The notes under the pieces: generated by a model
What the model was told of the DNA's origin: nothing
What the model saw: only the letters and a program-made list of their open reading frames with translations
The model's database searches: none
Position numbers and translations under genes: made by a program
In this document: piece by piece, positions 28,120 to 36,504 of the stretch
How the letters are laid out: each line of letters begins with the position of its first letter
Position numbering within the stretch: the stretch's first letter is position 1
Origin: a virus
Lineage: Duplodnaviria > Caudoviricetes
Direction: 5' to 3' (one strand)
DNA length: 64,000 bases
Virus record (IMG/VR): IMGVR_UViG_3300014204_000125
Span: 32,001-96,000 of that record

Positions 28120-28420
28120 CGGGTGTACGCCCGAGGTAGTCGCAGAACCACCTTAAAATATAAGGAGGAGCTAGTCCGGGATGAAGATTTGCGCCTATCC
28201 ACACTTTGCGCTGTCTCCGTTTTACAAGGGTGGACCAAGTTCCCGGATCAAGCCCCTACTCTTTGATATTAAAGACCCCAAGGGAGGGTTCGCGCCTCAT
28301 CTTCCCGGTGCGGTGGTTATCCCACAATACGAACTTAATCGGACGCACTTTTTACACCACGCGTGGCGGGTTTGCTCTTTCTTTCAGCCTTGCAAGACCT
28401 TTCATTGAGCTACCTCAGAG
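28120..28420 (-). ncRNA. Candidate ~300-nt structured RNA of unknown class
   Basis: No minus-strand ORF of track length; lies between the tmRNA 3' end and the terminator. Long-range helices CTGAGGTAG/CTACCTCGG and CCGGGA-GAAGAT/ATCTTC-TCCCGG. Confidence 0.5.
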
Positions 28421-28425
28421 AGATT

Positions 28426-28835
28426 TGGTGGAGGTGTGGGAAATTGCATCCCAGTCCGAAGATCTTTCCCTGTCTTGATTTTTACACGCTTATCCCTTTT
28501 ACCCGCGGGAAGGGTGTCGGTTTTGAGGCGTTACCCTGTGTCATGGTAGAACAACCGATGCCCCATGATCCACTTGCGTTAGATTCTTTACGCGGATAAC
28601 TCCGTTGGCAAGTTCGCAGAGTTTTTACGCGGGCGTCCCCTTTCGGTTCGGCCGTGGGTTCACAATTAAGCGGCTAACATAACAGGAGCGAGTTCTTTTA
28701 CGAACAAACCTCTGACAATATTGTCCACCTGATCGAGAACTGAATTAGTTTTGGCAATTAGTGTTTGTGCATTAAGGAAGCACGCCTTTGCGTGACAAGA
28801 TAGTTCGTTATCTCCGTCGAAACTAGTTCACCCCC
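28426..28835 (-). ncRNA. ssrA: tmRNA (transfer-messenger RNA)
   Basis: 5' GGGGGTGAACTAGTTTCGAC pairs with 3' CACCTCC-A-CCA, including the G3:U alanine wobble. T-arm TGGGA-TGCAATT-TCCCA. Resume context TAATT|GCC. Tag frame 28755-28666 reads AKTNSVLDQVDNIVRGLFVKELAPVMLAA*. Confidence 0.95.
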
Positions 28836-29129
28836 GAAATATTTGTTGCGGCGCTTCAAGTCTTGGGTGATCATGCCAGACGAGCTTCGGGAGATCCAGA
28901 GAAAAGAGGGCCCTCTAATATCCCTTTGGGATTCCCATACCGCAATTAAATTTTATAGGGGAGCCAAATCGAGTTGAATAATTTCTCTGGCGGTACTAAG
29001 GTCAAAGGTCATATTCGGTTGGACATGGATCCCCATTTTCAAAAAACATATGGATAACCGGCCGGGAACTCAAGTGGATAAATCCCTGGGGCGGGACATT
29101 TCTTCTGAGCCCCGAACGATTACATTCCA

Positions 29130-29158
29130 AGTATAGCATTAATGTTAGATGGTGTCAA
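29130..29158 (-). promoter_or_regulatory. Strong sigma70-type promoter for the tmRNA/ncRNA cluster
   Basis: TTGACA (29158-29153), 17 bp, TG-extended TATACT (29135-29130). Confidence 0.8.
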
Positions 29159-29475
29159 GCCTTTTTCTTTTTCATGAACTCAAAGGGCGTCTTCAGCCTT
29201 TTCCAGTATTTACTCGTATCCGCGAGTTTGATCTGGGATTCGTTTTCGAGCCGCATGCCGCCCCAAGTGATCAGGTGCGCCTCGAACATCGCGTTGACTT
29301 TATCCTCTATGGTTTTGATCATCGAGAGATCCAGCATGTAATACACGGGTTCTTTGCGTGGGTCTTTAGGATTTTCCGGTTTGATCTTAGGAACCTTAAC
29401 TTTTTTATTGAGAAGTTTATTAAGTCTCGCTGCTTCCGCCGCATTTTCTTTTTGGGTTCCCATTCTTGCTTTCAT
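29155..29475 (-). CDS. Basic hypothetical protein
   Basis: 106 aa, AAGGAG RBS. Confidence 0.65.
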   Translation of the reverse strand: MKARMGTQKENAAEAARLNKLLNKKVKVPKIKPENPKDPRKEPVYYMLDLSMIKTIEDKVNAMFEAHLITWGGMRLENESQIKLADTSKYWKRLKTPFEFMKKKKA

Positions 29476-29487
29476 AAAGGCTCCTTT

Positions 29488-30881
29488 TTATTGTTTGGTT
29501 TCATCGGATTTGGGGACAGAAAGCTGTCTCTTTTTTAAGATTTCTTTTACGACTTCCCAGCTCTTAGAGTAATCGTATGGATCTCTCGATTTTGGAACAA
29601 TCCCCGACATAAATATCGGCGTAAAGAACTGTTTGCCATAGGGTTCTCCCCACTCCGGTATCGGGTCTTCTTTCTCCGTTGTGAAGTTCTTTATATCCTG
29701 AACTTCAGGGTCCGGTTTAATTTCAAGAGCAACAGGTTTATTATAAACCAGTGGCGCCTGCCTCTTGATCTCGGGTTTGAATAGGTCCAATATTTTTCTA
29801 AAAAGTGACATTTGGCTTGCAACCCCCTCTGTCCTTCCACTCAATACAGCATGCCTGATACTTATTACAGCCCATACAGTTCGTCCTACGCACTGAACTC
29901 GGCCCCTTTTTCACAAACTTGTTACACCCTACCCGATTCGGCCATGCCGGGGTGTGAGAGATACGACCCTCGATCATGCCAGAGCCTTCCTTAATCTTCC
30001 GGCCTTCGATTTCACAGGAATAGGGATCCTTGAGGCAGTAGTCGCATATGTGGAAATTGGCTTCGTAGAAATCGATTTTCTTTTGCATTCGGGTTGCGGC
30101 AAGATATATTTGCTTTGTTTCGAACAGGGTTAATTTGGACCGGTTCCCTCCCGAACATTCCGCGATATCAAACCATTTTTTGTCAGCATTAATGTACTTT
30201 TCCACAACGTCTATTTCGGTGTAAGGTATTGTTTCTAAAGATTCCATGATTTCACCCTTTCCTCAACGGCTTTCTTAGCAGACTCATAGTCAGCAAAAAC
30301 TCCCATGTTAATACATCCTCCGGATACCGCTTTCTGAAACACGGAATACTGAACGGGTTCAGAATAACCCGCTTCAAACCTTACAGGATCAATGGTAAAA
30401 TGCCAATGCGAGCCTTTCCATTCAACATAGGTCTCTATCATTTTTCTTTCGTTAAAAACAAGTTCACTCATTGTTCCTCCTACGCCATATAGGTTATTTC
30501 TCCGTTTGGGTCTATGACTTGTGGGGTCCAGTCCTTTTCATTGCAAAGGGTATCTGTGAAAAGAGGGCCCCCATTGAAATGTCCTTTAAAACATCGAAAA
30601 TTAAGATAACCCACAAATCTATAATTATCACAGTTAGAACAGCCCTTTTGAAACTCTTTGTCGTTCATATTGGGTTTCATTTCGGGTAGGATTGCTTCAA
30701 TTTCTGTTTTGAGTTCTTGCAGGCATGTATCGCAGAACCAAGTCTCTTTGAGGGCAGCGAATCCGACTACACTGACAACCCTCTTAAAGTCTTTGTGACA
30801 TTGTCCACACTGCCGCATATCCTCATCATGCCACTTTATAGGGGTTAAGAACTTTTGGTTCATATCTGCTGGTTCCCCCAT
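29488..30881 (-). other. Run of four small hypothetical genes (29488-29844, 29798-30247, 30235-30471, 30480-30881), several Cys-rich
   Basis: Tightly packed same-strand ORFs with purine-rich RBSs. Confidence 0.6.
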
Positions 30882-31267
30882 GTCACTTCGAAAGTAGAAT
30901 TGTTATGGTCGTGTTTGAACTTTGCTTTGAATCCCACACTTTTCAGGAACTCGATATAATCGTTTACGATAGCATTCCCGTATTCGATATGAGAACCCGC
31001 GTCTACATGGGCCCAATCGTAACCCTTGAGTGCCTGAGCTTCTATCTGGGGATGGAATTCTATGATGAACTGGCATCCCATGATCTCGTTTCGAACTTTA
31101 TCAATCTCTTTATTCCGCTTCCAGAGATCTACACACGTATCCGCGGAGAGTTCGTATGTGGAAGCGTCGGATTGCATTTGGGTCTCAAGGGCATGGGCTT
31201 TCTGTCTGAGGAGCCCCATTTGAGTTTTTACTTTGGCGATGAAGGTGTCGATCATATTGCCTCCCAA
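30860..31267 (-). CDS. Hypothetical protein, paralog family member
   Basis: C-terminal IEAQALKGY...FLKSVGFK...FEVTW. Confidence 0.65.
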   Translation of the reverse strand: MGGNMIDTFIAKVKTQMGLLRQKAHALETQMQSDASTYELSADTCVDLWKRNKEIDKVRNEIMGCQFIIEFHPQIEAQALKGYDWAHVDAGSHIEYGNAIVNDYIEFLKSVGFKAKFKHDHNNSTFEVTWGNQQI

Positions 31268-31494
31268 CTTATTTCAATTTCTTTTTCATCGAATCCGCGT
31301 GGATTTGGAGTTATTTTGTATCCCAGCCTTTCCAGTGCCTTAATAACCATATCTTTCAGGGAATAAAAATGAGGAAATTTATAAATCGTTTTCATTTCGT
31401 TCCGAAGTGCGGCTTTAAGAATTTCTTGGATTGCCCACCAGTATTCCCTACTTTGTTCCCCGATAGCGAGTTCCTTCATGTACTTGGCTTTCAT
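31252..31494 (-). CDS. Hypothetical protein, paralog family member
   Basis: ILKAALRNE...ALERLGYKI...IEISW; GGAGG RBS. Confidence 0.65.
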   Translation of the reverse strand: MKAKYMKELAIGEQSREYWWAIQEILKAALRNEMKTIYKFPHFYSLKDMVIKALERLGYKITPNPRGFDEKEIEISWEAI

Positions 31495-31496
31495 TT

Positions 31497-31700
31497 TTAC
31501 CTCCGGTTTCTCAGATCGTCTATTTTGTTTTCTATAATTACGAGCTGGGATAGGATCGCAAGAGCCAAAGCGAAGCCAGCGGCTATGGGTTCCCTTGAAT
31601 TTAAGTAGAAAGCCAGAACGATCAATACGAGTAAGCCGAATCTAAGTCTAAAATTGAATTTCATTTTATTTTCCACTCCAATCGATATCGATAACGACAT
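31497..31700 (-). CDS. Small two-helix membrane protein
   Basis: Two hydrophobic stretches; probable start at MKFNF. Confidence 0.55.
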   Translation of the reverse strand: MSLSISIGVENKMKFNFRLRFGLLVLIVLAFYLNSREPIAAGFALALAILSQLVIIENKIDDLRNRR

Positions 31701-31968
31701 CGGAATCTCCGGTTTCGTCTACGGAGTAAGAGAAACCTCTTTTGAGAAGGCTTTGGATTTTAGAAACAATGTCTGATCCGAAACTTTCTTTGTCGATTAA
31801 GATACGGCAGTTGGTCTTTCCGAGCCGGGTGTACATTGCAATCCTGTTTTCGATACGATTACAAACGGCCCTGGCTAAATCACGCTCTATCAATGCCGAG
31901 GTCTCCATAGCAATTTGTTTATATTCCTCGGCCGTGGGTTGTCTCCAGAACTTCCACCACATATCCAT
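31666..31968 (-). CDS. Hypothetical protein, paralog family member; first gene of the left arm
   Basis: IAMYTRLGK...LLKRGFSY...IDIDW. Confidence 0.65.
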   Translation of the reverse strand: MDMWWKFWRQPTAEEYKQIAMETSALIERDLARAVCNRIENRIAMYTRLGKTNCRILIDKESFGSDIVSKIQSLLKRGFSYSVDETGDSDVVIDIDWSGK

Positions 31969-31998
31969 CGCCTTCCCTTCGGATAAGATCTCACTCCA

Positions 31999-32026
31999 AT
32001 TCTAACATAAAAAACAGAAATGTCAA
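31999..32026 (-). promoter_or_regulatory. Sigma70-type promoter heading the left arm
   Basis: TTGACA, 16 bp, TAGAAT with extended TG. Confidence 0.65.
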
Positions 32027-33784
32027 TTCTTTTCTTTGGAAAGTAAAAAAAAAAAATATTTCAGTAACCCTATTCCAAAACTCGGAGCAATAAGGATTGT
32101 ATTCTCTATAGTCAGAGATAAGATAGTCTATAGTCTTATACTGTACTCTGATATTGGATCACTATGATTGACAGGATAAGAGATATCTTGAACTAGTATG
32201 TATTAGAGTTCAGTAGTTATAAACAGCAAGTTTGATTACTTATAACGCTCGCGTATGGTGATCTGTATAGCGATATACGTTGTATTACTATGTACAGTAT
32301 TAGAGTAGTGCAAGTGTATACTCGCAATAACATAAGACAGAGTTATATACACTGGGATACTGAGTATATAACCCCGTCTTGCACACACGCGGTCTATATC
32401 AGTATAAGCGATGGGTGTGGGGGCGACCAAATTATTGCTTCGAGGCCCCCTCATTCCAACCGCCCCTACCGGGCGGCGGGGGGCAGCCCGCAGGGCGTTG
32501 CCCCAATAGCCGCACAGGAGAATACCTGTATTCTATTTTATATTTATTCTATACAAAATAAGATAATATTATATCTATTCTACTCTGTATAAATATAATG
32601 CTATGTTATTTCTATGTTATGCAAGTATGGTATATACGAGTTATGAGTAACACATAGAATAACGAGTTACACTTTTACTACTAGCCACGCGCATATATGG
32701 GCACGCATGCGCGACTGTTGATTTTAAGTCATATATCTAATTTATTCAGAGATAGAATAAGAAATTCTTGCTGCTTTCTTGGAATTAAAGAACTGGGGTT
32801 CCCGGGGTTACGAGGAACCCCTGGATCTCAAAGGTACCATAGAAATTTTGAATAGAAACCTCATACCCGGTATTAGGATACCCCGGATTCAAAAAAACTG
32901 GGTTTCCTTGAAGATTTGAGGTATTTCTGGTTATGCTGGGGTTACTGGGTGGTTACGCTTTGGTTATAAACAGAAAATGTGTAGGGAAATCCAACACATT
33001 TACAATAATTAGTTTACATAACTGGGATAAAAAGTGTGGGATAACCCAACACTATACTGATAACGCGCATAAATAGCCTATTAGCGCGTATATAAAAAAT
33101 GGCATGTTTCCATGCTATGCAAATTCTGCATGGTACCACGCAATTTTTTCGCTGTAGTTAAAAAGTTACACCCTGCTATCGAGCAGGATACGAAATTTAT
33201 GCATACCTGATTTATTTTTAATCTGCTTTTATTCGATTTCAGAATGAGCCAGATTGGGTTGATATCTTTTCCCTTTTTACTCTTTTATTTGATTTTGGAT
33301 TGAGCCAGATTACGCGAGTACGATAGCGATAAATTCTCCCCCCATTCTCTTTCCTGAATCATCTGACCAGAAAAAACAATGAGCCAGAGGATTTAGGTAT
33401 GATAGCGATAAAAATCTGCCACACCACATCTGATTCAATACAAACCCCCCTCGCGCAGCGCGAGATATAATATGGCGCTGCCGATGATAGCATCGTAACA
33501 TCAAGTGTAACACGTTACAAGTAAATCGTAACATTATCACATTCTGGTAACACGTATACACAATCTGTTCTACTGCGTATTACTCTAAGCCAGTATATTG
33601 ATATATTATTCAAGTGTAACATTACCTTCATTAAAAATTGCAAGCGCCCCGGAAAACATCATACCATAACATCAGGTATCAAGTATCAATTCTATCAAGC
33701 GCCTCTGTCAATTAGTGGTGTATAACATCATGTTATAACGCGCCGGGTTAATAACGCTTATATAACATGATATTTCCGAAAACC

Positions 33785-33967
33785 TGAACGCTTGTTCAGA
33801 AGAAAATCGAAAACACTTGTTTTCATTAGTGTTATAAGAACATTTTTGAACACGTGTTCAAATTATAATGAACGCTTGTTCATTTTACTGGTATGTAATA
33901 TGCTATTTACCAGTGTTATCACGTTTTATAATGAACGCTTGTTCAGTAAATTATGAACGCTTGTTCA
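33785..33967. repeat. Five copies of the palindrome TGAAC-N4-GTTCA
   Basis: Starts at 33785, 33847, 33869, 33932 and 33954 (four TGAACGCTTGTTCA, one TGAACACGTGTTCA). Confidence 0.95.
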
Positions 33968-34010
33968 TTTTAGAATGTTAGCGCGTGATAACCTGATAAA
34001 AAATGCATTA

Positions 34011-34045
34011 TGCACTATAATAGTGCAATGCACTAAACAAGTGCA
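34011..34045. repeat. Tandem palindromes TGCACT-N5-AGTGCA
   Basis: TGCACTATAATAGTGCA (34011) and TGCACTAAACAAGTGCA (34029). Confidence 0.9.
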
Positions 34046-34524
34046 TATCAAAAAAAACATCATATCGAAAAAAATCAATTCAATATTTCAAAGTATCAAA
34101 CTAAAAAAAACTTATCAAGTATCAAGTTAAAAACATAAAACCGCTTAAAACTCGTTTTAAAGTATCAAATTGGAAAACTCTAACATAACTAACACATAAG
34201 TATCAAACTTTAAAACCTCGTGTAAATCGTATATTCGATATATTTAATATTGCACTAAAACATCAATAAAATTAATACTTTTACTTATCCGCGACAATTT
34301 CCATACCAACATATCATATATACAGTATAGTATAGTAATACTAACATTAAAAACTTGCAATAAAACCGCTTGCAATATAGCATTGTATCATAATGGTATT
34401 ATCCATTGAATTTTAATGTTATCCGTTATAGTGTCAAGTATTATCTTGATATTTTTTATATCCTGAAAACTATAATAAACAATGCTATTATCACAATATT
34501 CTTAAAACTATTTTTCTAACACGC

Positions 34525-34553
34525 TTGTTATTACTTAAAAACTATGTTATAAT
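34525..34553 (+). promoter_or_regulatory. Sigma70-type promoter heading the right arm
   Basis: TTGTTA, 17 bp, TG-extended TATAAT. Confidence 0.55.
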
Positions 34554-34742
34554 AAGAGTATAAAACAAATTTGAAATGAATTGTAAATCGCTTTTTAAAA
34601 ACTTATCACATATTCAAGAGCACTTGAATATATCTTATCAAGTATCAAGTGGTATCTTAAATCACGTTTGATACTTCAAAGTAAAATTCTATTTTTGCCG
34701 TTTTCAGGAAAAACGAGTATAATTTTAAAGGAATGATTTAAA

Positions 34743-35453
34743 ATGAATAATGCTAAAATCGAAAAAATGGAAAACCAGAAAATTGTTAACGCTTCCGCGA
34801 AAAACCTTGAAAACATGATACAAGGAAAACCGGTAGTTTTCCCTGTATCAATTCAGAACAAAAAACCGGAAAACGTTGAAACGAAAACCGAAAACATTAC
34901 CGAAAACGTGAAAAACAATTCCATTGTTATCGGACAGAAAACCTTGAACGTAAAAGTAAATATCGGCCCTATAACCCAAAAGTTTTTCGATCACGTTTTC
35001 GCCGAAAAACTCGAAAACTGGGAAAACAGCAAAAAAACCGCTTTAAAAAATAACGATTTGGACAAGCTCGAAAAACTCGAAGAAAACCCGCCTAAACGCG
35101 AAAATATCGAAAACGCTTGCTATTTTCAGGTCATAAACGCCCTGACCCTTACTCAAATTGCCATTGAAAGCAAATCAGTCCAGTCCGGCGTTCTCTCTCT
35201 CTCTAAGTCAAAATTGACCGGCAAAAATGTTAAAAACGCCGAGTTTTTCGCCGAGGACGTTGAAAACGTTTTGAAAACCGGATTATACAATTCTGAAATG
35301 GTAATAACGTTTCATTACGGTATCACGGATAAGGCGGGAGTATATTTCACCACGTTTTCAAATTTTGCACATACTTGCAAGGTCAATGGCGTCAATCCGG
35401 CAGAACGTAAGGCAAAAAGCCCGGTTTTTATCGGGACATTCAAGATAAGATAA
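34743..35453 (+). CDS. Hypothetical protein, first gene of the right arm
   Basis: 236 aa, AAAGGA RBS, very A-rich codon use, isolated by non-coding DNA on both sides. Confidence 0.8.
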   Translation: MNNAKIEKMENQKIVNASAKNLENMIQGKPVVFPVSIQNKKPENVETKTENITENVKNNSIVIGQKTLNVKVNIGPITQKFFDHVFAEKLENWENSKKTALKNNDLDKLEKLEENPPKRENIENACYFQVINALTLTQIAIESKSVQSGVLSLSKSKLTGKNVKNAEFFAEDVENVLKTGLYNSEMVITFHYGITDKAGVYFTTFSNFAHTCKVNGVNPAERKAKSPVFIGTFKIR

Positions 35454-36039
35454 TTTAAAATAGTTTTCCGGCCGGGTTAATACGGTTTGAAAAAACCGGC
35501 CCGGTCTTATATAGTTTATATTTTTATTCTTAAAAACGCTCTTTAACATATCCGAAAAACTATGAGAAAACAATGGTATAATCGTTTTCTTGATACCATG
35601 TATCAAGACCCGGATAAGATCCGATAAAACGATTAACACGTTAAAACGGCCCTTTATAAGACCTATTAAGACCGTTTTAAAACTTGATATCATGTATCAA
35701 GACAATGCTAACAAGCATTACCCGGAGTAAGTATTATAGTTTTGTATATTGTCTTTATACGCCCTTATCCGGCGTATTATCCGAAAAAAAACGGATAGAA
35801 TTTTAGCGCGATTAATCCGAAAAATTTTAACAAGTTTTGAAAATCATGTAAACCTTGACAGAAAACGGATTGACACGAAAAATTGATATCTTGTAAAAAG
35901 TTTTGAAACGTCTGAAAAATTTACGAAAAAAACTTTTTGCGATAAGATAGAATAAAATTTTTTAAGATAATACGGATATTAGAACGAAAAATCGACGCTT
36001 TATGACCGTCGATAGTTTTCGCGTTGCTCACGAAACGAG

Positions 36040-36472
36040 CCACGGCCAGTAGTAGTGTTACTTTGATAACATAGGCCGCGTGTTCTCCTGCATGACCCAA
36101 AGCGATATTGGTTTAGTGATAGACCATACCTCGCGGGAACAAAAACATAAGCATTGCAGGCGAGTTGATTCCCCTATGGAGTGCGCTTAATTCAGGCTGG
36201 AATCGGGAAGTCCTCTTTAAGACGGAGGCAAAGACGGGTAAAAACGATAGGCCGCGCTCACTATGTCCAAATGGGACGGCGCTCTTGAGTGTAAACATTC
36301 AAGACCTATCACTATATAGATCCGAAGATCGGGAGGAAATTGTATCCCTTGGATCGAGTATAGCCCTGAACACTACATGACAATAGGTCGGGGGCGCTGC
36401 GGTTTAGCGAACGGGCGTCCCTGGCTGCCTAAACACGAGACGGTCTATCAGAAATGGTAGGCCGTCTTTTTT
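36040..36472 (+). ncRNA. Candidate large multi-domain structured RNA
   Basis: Many nested helices closed by CGTGTT (36079) / AACACG (36432), ending at a strong terminator. No ORF with an RBS. Confidence 0.6.
36438..36472 (+). terminator. Rho-independent terminator
   Basis: AGACGGTCTATCA-GAAA-TGGTAGGCCGTCT (13 bp) followed by a T run. Confidence 0.85.
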
Positions 36473-36504
36473 ACATTCAAGACAAAATTTGGGAGGCGAT
36501 TATT

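Larger units (their letters stand above)
32030..34740. other. Large AT-rich non-coding divergence region (candidate origin, terminus or first-injected segment)
   Basis: No credible ORF over ~2.7 kb. Gene orientation flips across it, and it contains many repeated palindromes and A-tracts. Confidence 0.75.

Noticed and set aside
28120-28420. RNase P RNA or intron-containing tRNA
   Set aside because: It lacks the GAGGAAAGUCC and ACAnAAnnnGGCUUA consensus, has no proper T-arm or CCA, and shows no group I core. Kept only as an unknown ncRNA.
27851-28599. Several plus-strand ORFs over the RNA cluster
   Set aside because: They are antisense to the tmRNA and its downstream RNA and show no recognisable protein motifs.
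32236-33561. Short ORFs in the central gap
   Set aside because: They have low-complexity composition, no convincing RBS, and overlap repeat blocks.
33785-33967. CRISPR array
   Set aside because: The repeats are only 14 bp with alternating 8 and ~48 bp gaps, and there are no cas genes.
36040-36472. Group II or group I intron, or RNase P
   Set aside because: There is no GUGYG start, no domain V AGC triad helix and no interrupted host gene. GGGAAGTCC only partly resembles the RNase P consensus and has no matching 3' strand.
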